Shown here in pieces: positions 50,564 to 60,112 of a stretch of DNA of 64,000 nt (the stretch's first letter is position 1; the number at the start of each line of letters is the position of its first letter). Source of the stretch: a virus; IMG/VR virus record IMGVR_UViG_3300007734_000760, positions 95,935 through 159,934 of that record; one strand, given 5' to 3'. The notes under the pieces were generated by a model. That model searched no databases. It saw only the letters and a program-made list of their open reading frames with translations, and was not told the origin of the DNA. A program made the position numbers and the translations under genes.

Positions 50564-50917
50564 AACTTTTAATTTATTTATTATTAATTATTAATTTATT
50601 TATAATTTAAATATATATTAATTAATTTTATAACCCTATATACTTAAAAATCACTTATAATTAATTTCTCAATAAATTTATTAATTTTACTTAACATTTC
50701 TGAGGTGGTTTCATTGTTGTTTTTAACTTCCTTCAACATTTCCCCAATAATACTATCAATTACTATTTGTTTTTCTTCATTTAGTGTCATTTTGTATATA
50801 TTTTTTAATTGTTAATGAAGGGGTGGGGCGATCCATGAAGGGGTTGATTTTCACACCACTCCATACCACACACCCACACCCCCGTTTACCACATACTATT
50901 ACTACTTACCAATTTTA

Positions 50918-51166
50918 TCATACTATCAATTTGTCACGTATAACTCGTTTATCACCCGTTAAATAAAAATAAGATATAAATGTGCTTACTAATGATGAAT
51001 CTCTATCATCATACATTCCCTGTTTTAATTTATATACTACCTTAAATCCATATCGTTCTTTACTACATTTTACTAATTCTTGTGCTTCATTACCACAACG
51101 TCTTAGTATGTCTTTTTCCTCACACGTATATTCTTTATTTTCGTATTTAAATGTTCTTGTTCCCAT
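50918..51166 (-). CDS. Hypothetical protein
   Basis: ORF track; TAATG coupling. Confidence 0.65.
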   Translation of the reverse strand: MGTRTFKYENKEYTCEEKDILRRCGNEAQELVKCSKERYGFKVVYKLKQGMYDDRDSSLVSTFISYFYLTGDKRVIRDKLIV

Positions 51167-51411
51167 TACACCACTCCTATGTTAATTAACAATACAGGTG
51201 TTCCTACATAATCACTATTTTCATCAAACATATCTTCATCTAATTCCGTATCATCTACTCCTGAATACCCACTCTCATTATACGGATGTCCCGTTGTGAT
51301 TGTGGTGATTGGGGTTTTGTACATATAATCGGAATAGTCGTTTGATTCAATCAACACGTTCATATCTGGATTATGCTTTTTTAGTTCTTCTATTAATTCT
51401 TTTACTGTCAT
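51166..51411 (-). CDS. Small acidic protein
   Basis: MTVKELIEELKKHNPDMNV N-terminus. Confidence 0.7.
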   Translation of the reverse strand: MTVKELIEELKKHNPDMNVLIESNDYSDYMYKTPITTITTGHPYNESGYSGVDDTELDEDMFDENSDYVGTPVLLINIGVV

Positions 51412-51471
51412 GTTTTTGCTTTTTAATTGGTTAATTTGAATATATGTTGCTTTGTTTTGTAAGCCTATACT

Positions 51472-51711
51472 TTAAATTAATTCTAATAGTTGTTCCTCAG
51501 TAAAACCATTAAGTGCTAAATTTGCCATAAAATTATTTATACATTCTAATTCACTTTCTTCGGAATCATTAAAGTCACTATCTATAAATTTGTCATAGAG
51601 TTTAAGTGCTTTACTCCATCTAACGTCGTTATCTCTATTGTTTTTTAATTGTATAGCAATACAAAATACACCGTAACCGTTATTGATTAATAAATTTTCG
51701 TTTTTTGTCAT
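51472..51711 (-). CDS. Hypothetical protein
   Basis: ORF track; AAGGTTATG start. Confidence 0.7.
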   Translation of the reverse strand: MTKNENLLINNGYGVFCIAIQLKNNRDNDVRWSKALKLYDKFIDSDFNDSEESELECINNFMANLALNGFTEEQLLELI

Positions 51712-51737
51712 AACCTTTATTTTTTTATTATTTTTAA

Positions 51738-51953
51738 TTATTTTAAATAGATATTAGTTAACTTATATGGACAATCTTTTTCTAATTCAAATCGTTCTGA
51801 TATTTTATGTATTACTTCATCAAGTGGACGAGTCATTATTAATTGACTACACATTTGTTCTTCCATCATTATCTTTTTAAGAATATATTGAATTGTGTCT
51901 CCATCTACTTCCTTTAATGTTCGGATGATGTTATTTTGTTGTTCTATTGTCAT
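51738..51953 (-). CDS. Hypothetical protein
   Basis: ORF track; AAGGTTATG start. Confidence 0.7.
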   Translation of the reverse strand: MTIEQQNNIIRTLKEVDGDTIQYILKKIMMEEQMCSQLIMTRPLDEVIHKISERFELEKDCPYKLTNIYLK

Positions 51954-52004
51954 AACCTTTATTTTTATTTATAATATGAATATATAATTGTTTATTTTGT
52001 AAGC

Positions 52005-52271
52005 TTAATTAAATCCACATACTATTTGTTCAATACAATGCTTTTCTCCTAAATTTGTACTCCATACACTTCTAATTTGTTTTTTCTTATTACCTTTTAT
52101 TCCTATCACTTTCATAATACTTTCATTCCCGTTATATCCTTTACACCCTTCTTTTCTTTTCCAATAATAAAAAGTTATAATTATATCATTTACAACCACA
52201 TCCTTTTCCCAATATTGATTCATACAATATTCGTCGGTTGAATTAACTTGAATTTCTCTAAAATTTTTCAT
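52005..52271 (-). CDS. Hypothetical protein
   Basis: ORF track; own promoter motif. Confidence 0.7.
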   Translation of the reverse strand: MKNFREIQVNSTDEYCMNQYWEKDVVVNDIIITFYYWKRKEGCKGYNGNESIMKVIGIKGNKKKQIRSVWSTNLGEKHCIEQIVCGFN

Positions 52272-52353
52272 TTTTTTAATTATTAATTTATATAAAATTA
52301 AATATATATAAAATTATTTTATAACCCTATATATATTTAATTAACTATTTATA

Positions 52354-52641
52354 TTAACAACTCATATTAATTATGTAACATTTTACTCTTTCATCATCGT
52401 CATCATCGTCATCATCGTCGTCATCATCGTCATCATCATTGTCATCATCATCATTAATTTCAGGCATTATCATTAGTCCATCTAATCCATTATCTTCACA
52501 TGGATAAACATCACCTTCAGTAATACTTTTATCATCTACCATTTCTCCATATTCCCATCCTGTTGGATCAGTAGCAATTACAATTAGTTTTTTTTCTTGA
52601 TCTAATGTTTCTAAATGTTTAATAAGATCTTTAATTTTCAT
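52354..52641 (-). CDS. Small protein with poly-Asp tract
   Basis: About 20 near-consecutive Asp codons at 52394-52453. Confidence 0.75.
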   Translation of the reverse strand: MKIKDLIKHLETLDQEKKLIVIATDPTGWEYGEMVDDKSITEGDVYPCEDNGLDGLMIMPEINDDDDNDDDDDDDDDDDDDDDERVKCYIINMSC

Positions 52642-52741
52642 AACTTTTTTTGTTTTAATTATTATTAATTTATTTATTTAATTAATATAAATATAAAATA
52701 AGGGGTTAAATAAGCCTAACCCCATATTTTAAATTCAATAT

Positions 52742-52954
52742 TTACTCTTTTACTTCTAAATAATCACCTTCTTCATTAAAATTACTCATCCATAATGTTA
52801 ATAACGGTCTTACTTCTTGTTTTGTTAACCCAAATTCACTTTCTACATACGGTCCAGCTCCAAACATATTAACTACTCCTGATAGTCTTAAATCGTTCAA
52901 ATACTCACATACGCATTGTTCGAGTTCTGTTGTTTTTCTCATTGTTTGTGTCAT
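52742..52954 (-). CDS. Small phage protein
   Basis: YLNDLRLSGVVNMFGAGPYV segment. Confidence 0.75.
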   Translation of the reverse strand: MTQTMRKTTELEQCVCEYLNDLRLSGVVNMFGAGPYVESEFGLTKQEVRPLLTLWMSNFNEEGDYLEVKE

Positions 52955-53311
52955 AACTTTTTTTGTTTTTATTATTAATTATTAATTTATTTTATTAATT
53001 TAAATATATATTAATTAATTTTAATGTCCAATAATCATTTTTTTAACTTATTTGTGTAATAAATAATTTCATCAAATCCTTCATACTTAGGATCAATTGA
53101 AGGTATTGATGTAAAATAATGAACAGTTAGTTCCCAATTGTATGGTCTTAATAACTTACTTGGTTGACATTTTATGTATTTTTTCGCTTCTTCTTCTGTT
53201 ATTTGGATCATATAATTTTTAAGTATAATTAAATGGGGTTCAGATATTGTCAGTTTACGCTTAAACTATAACATAGAACCCCATTGCTTTTATCTTTATA
53301 GATAAAATATT

Positions 53312-53566
53312 TTATTTTGATGAATCGACCGTGTATGAAACGTAATATAGTATATCTTCAATGTCTACTATAAATTTGAATGCTGAATAACAATTACCTA
53401 ATATTTGTTCCTCTTCAGGTTCAGATATTTGAAATTTTCTTAATTCATTTAGTAATTCATTTGAATTTACACTCTGTCCATTTAGAGATCCTAATTCTAT
53501 CCATTCGTGATCATCATCCGAATACGATTTAACATTTGTTATTGCTTCTTTTAATATATTTTTCAT
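53312..53566 (-). CDS. Hypothetical protein
   Basis: ORF track; own promoter motif. Confidence 0.7.
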   Translation of the reverse strand: MKNILKEAITNVKSYSDDDHEWIELGSLNGQSVNSNELLNELRKFQISEPEEEQILGNCYSAFKFIVDIEDILYYVSYTVDSSK

Positions 53567-53620
53567 ATTTATTAATTTTATAATTTAAATATATAATAAT
53601 TTATTTTAAAAGCCTATAAT

Positions 53621-53818
53621 TTAAAATAAACATTCTTTAATTAAACATAATACACCTAACTCAATTTGAATATCTTCACAAATTGATTGTAAATCATCTA
53701 CTTCATCCCATTTTTCTTCTGTAACTTTTTGTAGAAATTTATGTTCAGTTTGTAAACCTTCTTTTACTAGAATTATTAGTCTATTTTCTATTTCAAGTTG
53801 ATATTGTGACTTTATCAT
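53621..53818 (-). CDS. Hypothetical protein
   Basis: ORF track. Confidence 0.65.
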   Translation of the reverse strand: MIKSQYQLEIENRLIILVKEGLQTEHKFLQKVTEEKWDEVDDLQSICEDIQIELGVLCLIKECLF

Positions 53819-53823
53819 AATAT

Positions 53824-54126
53824 TTATCTACTTTTTACTTCTTCAATTACAGCTGTTCCTGAGTTAATCATTGCTATAACTCCACCCCATTTCTTTTCAT
53901 CAGCTTCCCATTCAATATCATGTATTTGATGTTTGAATTGCCAATTTGAAAGTGAAAATCCACCACCACTCATTTTAAAATCACCTTCTTCATTTTTCTT
54001 GAATTTTAGATAATGAACATTATCACATATACATGATACTGTTTTAAATATTACCTCTCTAGCACCTTCTCTAACAGTTAGTTTAGGTGGATTTTTTCTT
54101 AATTCTTGATATTTATCCATTTTCAT
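53824..54126 (-). CDS. Hypothetical protein
   Basis: ORF track; own promoter motif. Confidence 0.7.
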   Translation of the reverse strand: MKMDKYQELRKNPPKLTVREGAREVIFKTVSCICDNVHYLKFKKNEEGDFKMSGGGFSLSNWQFKHQIHDIEWEADEKKWGGVIAMINSGTAVIEEVKSR

Positions 54127-54162
54127 ATTTTTTATTAATTTTATAATTTAAATATATTATAA

Positions 54163-54426
54163 TTAATTATGGTGGCCTAAAGGCACAAAATAATACCAAT
54201 ATTTACGAGTATCTTTATTCTTAAATTGGATCCTTATTCTATCTATTTTACCTTTAAAATAAGCTCTTCGTAATACATCAGCGTATTTTTTATTACTTTC
54301 TTTAGATTTTTGTCTATTATAACCCCATACATTTAATTGTATTTCTGTTTCAGTCTTACATGGGTTTGTTAGTAGATAATCTATTACTTGTTGTTGAGTG
54401 TTTCTCGGATCTTTAGAATTTGCCAT
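54163..54426 (-). CDS. Small basic protein, possible winged helix
   Basis: ORF track; own promoter motif. Confidence 0.65.
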   Translation of the reverse strand: MANSKDPRNTQQQVIDYLLTNPCKTETEIQLNVWGYNRQKSKESNKKYADVLRRAYFKGKIDRIRIQFKNKDTRKYWYYFVPLGHHN

Positions 54427-54479
54427 AACTTTTATTTATTAATTTATAATTTAAATATATAGTTTTTTATTTTAAAAGC

Positions 54480-54782
54480 CTATTTATTTAATAAATCTAA
54501 TAATTCTGACTTTGCTTGTCTTGTTACACCAACACTATGTCCTCCAATGTGGAATTCAATTGTTTCATCCATTTTAATTGGTCTATAATACTTCCAATCA
54601 TAAATTGTAAATACATCACCCGATTCTGTTTCACAATCGAAATCTACATTTACTTTATTTTCACCTTCATTATCAAAACATTGTGGTTCACCTAATACTT
54701 TAATTAGCTTTGCTAATGTTGTTTTAATTGTAGTGTCGTAGAAACTAGTTCCACCTGTTGATTTACTTGTTAGTTTTGTCAT
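54480..54782 (-). CDS. Hypothetical phage protein
   Basis: FTIYDWK...FHIGG segment. Confidence 0.75.
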   Translation of the reverse strand: MTKLTSKSTGGTSFYDTTIKTTLAKLIKVLGEPQCFDNEGENKVNVDFDCETESGDVFTIYDWKYYRPIKMDETIEFHIGGHSVGVTRQAKSELLDLLNK

Positions 54783-54843
54783 AACCTTTATTTTATTTGT
54801 TAATTTATAATTTAAATATATTATAATTTATTTTAAGGGCCTA

Positions 54844-55365
54844 TTACTCTTCTCCAAACGTAATTGTATCACCTTTAATTTTAAATTGTTCGGCTTTGCC
54901 TATTTTGAATTGGCGATATTTTGATGTTCTTAAATTTTTTCTAATTATATTTTTTGCTATTGTTAGTGGCTTACTATTTTTTTCTTTATATTCACCTTCA
55001 GACAATATTGTTTTATGTACTAACATTCCATAAACATACAACTCATTATTTTCAGTATGTTGTTTTAAGCCATTTGTAATATGAGTAAAATTATTCGTTT
55101 TTATTTTTTCTTTACTAATAGTTTTTTCAAAATCATTTATTAATGATTGAGTTGCTTCTGTTAATAAATCAACTGATAATTCACTGTTTAATTCAGTTAT
55201 GTCTAAATTCTTTAGATATTCTAAATCTTTCTGTTTTGACTTTTCATAACTTACTCCAACATTAAATGTTGTATGTTGTTTTTCGTTTTGTTCATTAGTG
55301 TAAATTACAGACACAAACGATACGCCTGTAATTGTTTTTAACTTCTCTAATAATTCTTCTGTCAT
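54844..55365 (-). CDS. Hypothetical protein
   Basis: ORF track; own promoter motif. Confidence 0.75.
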   Translation of the reverse strand: MTEELLEKLKTITGVSFVSVIYTNEQNEKQHTTFNVGVSYEKSKQKDLEYLKNLDITELNSELSVDLLTEATQSLINDFEKTISKEKIKTNNFTHITNGLKQHTENNELYVYGMLVHKTILSEGEYKEKNSKPLTIAKNIIRKNLRTSKYRQFKIGKAEQFKIKGDTITFGEE

Positions 55366-55429
55366 AATATTTATTAATTATTAATTTATAATTTAAATAT
55401 ATAATAATTTATTTTAAAAGCCTAAAAAC

Positions 55430-55672
55430 TTAATAATTATCATCTTCAACACTATTAAGTGTGTCTAAATCTATTTTTCTATTTAAATAATCTTTTTTAT
55501 ATTGAATATCATCTAAATGATTTTGATAACATTTAGTACAAACATTAAATCCTAATTTCATTTTATTAGATAATTTATCTCTAATAAATTTTAGACCATT
55601 CATTAAGTTTGAGTCATGACATATTGTACATATTTTAAAATCAGCCATTTTAATTAGAAACTTTTTGTTCAA
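55430..55672 (-). CDS. Small CxxC..CxxC protein
   Basis: CTIC and CTKC; likely start at internal MADFK. Confidence 0.6.
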   Translation of the reverse strand: MNKKFLIKMADFKICTICHDSNLMNGLKFIRDKLSNKMKLGFNVCTKCYQNHLDDIQYKKDYLNRKIDLDTLNSVEDDNY

Positions 55673-56456
55673 TTAAATTCATATTATGATGAACAAATGA
55701 TGTTATATCTAACTTTTTAATTCGTTTGTTTATATTACTTTTAACTAATTCAAATATACCTTCTATACTATTTCCTTCTTTATCATAAAATTCATTAGTT
55801 CTTCTAGAACTAATATATGATAAAGTATATGTTTTTCCTGTTCCATTTACTTCCCAAAACCAATGATCTGAACTTACAATATCCCATCTTGATGGACCAT
55901 AACAATAAGTAATATTCTTTTTTAACTTAAATGTACCTGAATCAAATATGGTTTGAAAAGTATCATTTACTTCTTTATCATTTATCTTTTTTATTTCATT
56001 TTCAATTTGATAAAGTTGTTTTTGTAATGGGCCTATATTTACTTTATATAACCTATCACATTCATCCATTAATGTTATTAAATCTCCCCAATAAGATGTA
56101 TTGTTTAAACATTCTTTTGCTAAAATGCCTAAACAAATCATCTTTTTTAATTCTTTTTCATCTTTACTACTCATTGAAGATGATTCTATACAGGCTTTAG
56201 TAAAAGTATGTCCGGCCTCAGTGTATTTTGTACTTCTACTAATTCTAAAATTAAACCAACTATCTGTTGTTAATTTAAAATCAATATCAGTACTTGATAC
56301 TTTAATAGTAAAATCTTCAAACAAATCATCTAAATTAGAAGTAATACTGTTTGCTTCTTCTACTAATTCTTTGTCACGTAATACTTCTTGACGCTGAATT
56401 TCTTCACTTAACTCAGTAAGTGTTTTTTTAAGTGTTTCTTTAATAATGTCTGTCAT
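55650..56456 (-). CDS. Hypothetical protein
   Basis: ORF track; own promoter motif. Confidence 0.75.
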   Translation of the reverse strand: MTDIIKETLKKTLTELSEEIQRQEVLRDKELVEEANSITSNLDDLFEDFTIKVSSTDIDFKLTTDSWFNFRISRSTKYTEAGHTFTKACIESSSMSSKDEKELKKMICLGILAKECLNNTSYWGDLITLMDECDRLYKVNIGPLQKQLYQIENEIKKINDKEVNDTFQTIFDSGTFKLKKNITYCYGPSRWDIVSSDHWFWEVNGTGKTYTLSYISSRRTNEFYDKEGNSIEGIFELVKSNINKRIKKLDITSFVHHNMNLIEQKVSN

Positions 56457-56639
56457 AACCTTTATTTTTTAATTTATAATTTATTTTTATTAATTTAAAT
56501 ATATAATAATTTATTTTGAGAGCCTAAAATCTTAATTTAAAAACACTTCACATATTATTGTACAAACTTTACTATCTATAATGAATACTTCTATTTTTGT
56601 CTCAATTAAATATTTATCTTCCATAACTTTTATTTTTAG

Positions 56640-56730
56640 TAGTCAGAACAAGATTTGAACTTGTAGCCAGGTACTTTCCCCTGCGTCATCTGTCTATAAG
56701 AATCTGTGTTACCTATTACACCACCTGACT
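56640..56730 (-). ncRNA. Degenerate tRNA-like element (91 nt) with the same acceptor stem as 45585-45638
   Basis: AGTCAGG/TCTGACT-A, D-arm GTGT/ACAC, T-arm ACAAG-TTCAAAT-CTTGT; no canonical anticodon arm. Confidence 0.65.
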
Positions 56731-56787
56731 AACACCTTTTTCTGTTTATTGTTGAGTTACAAAAGATAACCGTCACTCAATCTCATT

Positions 56788-56848
56788 CTCCTTATAAATC
56801 CTTTCTGTGCACAGAACAAGAAAATGGGGAGACGTTGTTTCTACTTTT
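56788..56848 (-). repeat. 61-nt structured repeat, copy 2
   Basis: 57/61 identical to 45645-45705 with a compensatory change. Confidence 0.85.
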
Positions 56849-57093
56849 TAATATACTAATTTGTGCCAGGTTGTTGTACTTGACATTGCAAATGTAACGC
56901 TTTTTTTATTATCAACATATGAAAAGTGATATTCTTTATTACTTTCATTTATTATTTCTGCTAATAAATTATTATTATTTACTCTTAATACTTTAAATAA
57001 AACTGGTAGTAAAGTAGATCCTTCTGGTTTAATATCAAATATTAAATCACTTTCTTTTAATTCTGTAGTTGAAACTTCAATTGTTTTTAACAT
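56848..57093 (-). CDS. Hypothetical protein
   Basis: ORF track; own promoter motif. Confidence 0.7.
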   Translation of the reverse strand: MLKTIEVSTTELKESDLIFDIKPEGSTLLPVLFKVLRVNNNNLLAEIINESNKEYHFSYVDNKKSVTFAMSSTTTWHKLVY

Positions 57094-57144
57094 AACCTTT
57101 ATTTTATTTATTAATTTAAATATATTAAATTTAATTTTAAGGGC

Positions 57145-57468
57145 CTAGTGAATCATATCTTTAACTAATTCATCTGTAAAGTAAGTTTCATAAACCATTG
57201 AAATAAATTCTTTAGTAGGTGTTCCATAAATAATACCTAACTCTTTTCCTGTTTTTCGATGTTTAATAACTGTTATATTTTCATTACCTTTATTCTTTAT
57301 AAATTTAACTTTAAACATACAACAAAAACTAGAGTCAATTTCTAATTTTTTTACTTGATCTAAAAATTTAGTATTTGAATATTTATATTCTAATATCAAT
57401 TTAGGTTCATCGTGTTTTGCACTTAAATTAAGTGTAGCTAAAACACATAGTGTTAATATTTTTTTCAT
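57145..57468 (-). CDS. Secreted hypothetical protein
   Basis: MKKILTLCVLATLNLSA signal peptide. Confidence 0.7.
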   Translation of the reverse strand: MKKILTLCVLATLNLSAKHDEPKLILEYKYSNTKFLDQVKKLEIDSSFCCMFKVKFIKNKGNENITVIKHRKTGKELGIIYGTPTKEFISMVYETYFTDELVKDMIH

Positions 57469-57570
57469 ATTTTTATTAATTTATAACTTAAATATATAAA
57501 AGGAGGTTTGATAAGCCAAACCTCCTCTTTTTCTTATATTAGAGTTATGACGGAAACTAATATAGAATAT

Positions 57571-58410
57571 TTATTTATTTTCAATTTCTACTTCTTCTTC
57601 AACACGTGCCTCTATATTTGAGTACACTATACTACTACCTGTCAATTGGTATGATAATTTAACTGCAACGTGACCGTTTCTATTTTTACTAAATTCAATG
57701 TATGTTCCTCCTCCATCACTTTCTTTATTACGACGCATTTCTCCCATTGCATCAACCATATGTTTCATTTTATTACTGCCTACAAATACTCCAGCTTTAG
57801 TTACTTGTTGTATTAATAGAAACGTACTAAATATATTTGCTTCATTTATTCCTTTATTATTTTTAGTACACATATCTACTAACCATGATTCAGCTATTTT
57901 TCTATCCCATCCATTATCATCTCTCACACCATCAATTATTTCTGCTGCTGAATCTATTAACACTAAATCCCATCCTATGTTTAAAACTTGTTCTAATACT
58001 TCTTTAGTGTTATAATCAGTATAATCACTAACAAACATAGTATCTACTGTTCCAAATTGTGGAAATCGTTGTGTGTACTTCCACATTTGTTTTTTTCCCA
58101 TTTCACCTGAAATGAATAAACATTTACGTTTTGGATTTTTAATTTGTACTGATGCTAGTAAATCTAACAATACTGTTGTTTTACCTACTCCTGGGTCACC
58201 TATGATCATTATATTAGTTGCACACGGAATTCCTCCTTCATGACTAATTAATTTATCAATTGTTAATCCACTTTCCATTTGTTCCATCATTCGAGCATCA
58301 ATGTTTAATGAATTTAATTTAGCTATTTGGCTAAAATCAATTTGAATGTGGGGTGGATAATTTTGTCTTTGTAGTGGTGGACGTCCACGTCTTTTAATTT
58401 CGTTTGTCAT
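57571..58410 (-). CDS. RadA/Sms-like RecA-family ATPase (no zinc finger or Lon domain)
   Basis: GDPGVGKT, FISGEM, VLIDS, QVTKAG, HMVDA, KNRNG; N-terminal KRRGRP. Confidence 0.8.
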   Translation of the reverse strand: MTNEIKRRGRPPLQRQNYPPHIQIDFSQIAKLNSLNIDARMMEQMESGLTIDKLISHEGGIPCATNIMIIGDPGVGKTTVLLDLLASVQIKNPKRKCLFISGEMGKKQMWKYTQRFPQFGTVDTMFVSDYTDYNTKEVLEQVLNIGWDLVLIDSAAEIIDGVRDDNGWDRKIAESWLVDMCTKNNKGINEANIFSTFLLIQQVTKAGVFVGSNKMKHMVDAMGEMRRNKESDGGGTYIEFSKNRNGHVAVKLSYQLTGSSIVYSNIEARVEEEVEIENK

Positions 58411-58485
58411 AACTTTTATTTTATTAATTTATAATTTAAATATATAAAGGGGAGTTTAATAAGCCAAACTCCCCTTAAATTTATC

Positions 58486-59289
58486 TTAGTTACAATATTC
58501 AGCTGCTAATTCATATAATTTTGAATTTACAACCATGTCCTGTTGGAAATTCTTAATTCTTCTAGCTTTACGTGTTCTGTTTCCAAAATTATAACTAAAA
58601 TCACCTTCAATTACTTTTTCTTGAACACGATTAAACACACTCCATAAATCATTACCTGCGTCTTCATTTCGTACTGGTCTTAAAAAGTCAGTTAAATCAA
58701 CTGTAATACGTTTTACTTCATCTGCCCCATATCTTACTTCAAGTGCCTTTTTAGCAAAATCCATTATTTGATTTTCTACTAAAATAGTTTGTTTAAACTT
58801 ATTCATTGACTCAACTGTAAGTGGTAATTTTTCTACCATTGATGTAATAGTCTTTTGTAATTCTTTAAAATCATAACCCATATGTCTAATTCGTAAATCA
58901 GCAAATTCATCAGTTGATATTACTAAACCATTTTCACATATTAATCTAAAAATTCCAGCTTTAAATGTAAATGCATTTTTTCCATCTGAACTATTAGTTA
59001 ATAATATTTGTGGAAATACTGTGTCATCATCTTTACCTTCAATTACTAATTCATTGTTGCGAAATACAACTAAGTGTTTTTGATAACCTACATTTGTTTT
59101 TCTTGATTTGACTTGTTTAACATCAACTACTCCCCAACCTAGCAATTTCATATCTTCAATTACATTTGCGGTTGAGATGTGTGAATATTTTTCACTAGTA
59201 CATTCGGCACCTTGTGCTGCAAATATACTATTTGCTTTTTCTTTAATTTCCTCAGTTGTAAGGAACTTATTGTTTTTTAAATCTAACAT
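58486..59289 (-). CDS. DUF932/DUF945-like protein
   Basis: LLTNSSDG, AGIFRLICENGLV, IRH, DLWSVFNRVQE. Confidence 0.8.
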   Translation of the reverse strand: MLDLKNNKFLTTEEIKEKANSIFAAQGAECTSEKYSHISTANVIEDMKLLGWGVVDVKQVKSRKTNVGYQKHLVVFRNNELVIEGKDDDTVFPQILLTNSSDGKNAFTFKAGIFRLICENGLVISTDEFADLRIRHMGYDFKELQKTITSMVEKLPLTVESMNKFKQTILVENQIMDFAKKALEVRYGADEVKRITVDLTDFLRPVRNEDAGNDLWSVFNRVQEKVIEGDFSYNFGNRTRKARRIKNFQQDMVVNSKLYELAAEYCN

Positions 59290-59378
59290 AACTTTTATTT
59301 TTAATTATTAATATGAGTTAAATATAATTATAATTATAGGGGAAGCCAAATTATTCGTAATCTCTAATTGCTATTACT

Positions 59379-60062
59379 TTATTTATATTTCCAAATAAAA
59401 CCGTAGGCTGTCTTTTGTCGTCCCCTACAACAATCCGCTGTATTATTTCCTTTTCCACCCATTTTCATATCAGCTTCTTTAGATGAGTTGAAAGTATTTA
59501 TTAAATTACCTTTTAAATCATATTGCTCTACTTGTCTAGAAGATTTAATCCATGGTTTTCTATTTTTAAGTGCAATCCTAAGATTTTCAGCATGTTGTGG
59601 AGTAAGAGATTTACCTTTTTTAGCCTGGCTTATTTTTTGTTTTTGTTCTTCAGTATGTTTAGTTCCTTTATTTCTACTTATTCCTTTATTAGCTTGACTA
59701 ATTTTATTCTTTAAACCATCAGACATAAAATCTTTTGGTTTTGGTTTACCTTTAACTTTTAATTGCCATTCAATTTTTATTCTCTCATATGTTTTACCAG
59801 ATATGTTATAGTGATTTTCTCTTTTTTTATTTTTACCTATAGCCATCAAAAATAAAGCATATTTTAATTTATCTATTGATGGGTATATCTCACATAATAA
59901 ACGATGACATAAGAAATGTTCTTTAGCGGTTAATTCAACTATATTATTTATATCCTTACCTCCTATACAACGAGGTATTATGTGGTGTTTTTCTTTATAA
60001 CAATTTAGTTGTCTTGTTTTTGCTCGTTCAATAATTTGGTTATATATTCTTTGATAATCCAT
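59379..60062 (-). CDS. HNH homing endonuclease with NUMOD3/NUMOD1
   Basis: EKHHIIPRCIGG...LTAKEHFLCH; HTEEQKQKIS; TAYGFIWKY. Confidence 0.85.
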   Translation of the reverse strand: MDYQRIYNQIIERAKTRQLNCYKEKHHIIPRCIGGKDINNIVELTAKEHFLCHRLLCEIYPSIDKLKYALFLMAIGKNKKRENHYNISGKTYERIKIEWQLKVKGKPKPKDFMSDGLKNKISQANKGISRNKGTKHTEEQKQKISQAKKGKSLTPQHAENLRIALKNRKPWIKSSRQVEQYDLKGNLINTFNSSKEADMKMGGKGNNTADCCRGRQKTAYGFIWKYK

Positions 60063-60112
60063 GTTTTCCAATAAATATATAACCTATCATTGGAAATACT
60101 AATTTAAGTTGG

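Noticed and set aside
56640-56730. Functional tRNA with an assignable anticodon
   Set aside because: No 5-bp stem with a 7-nt loop at the anticodon position
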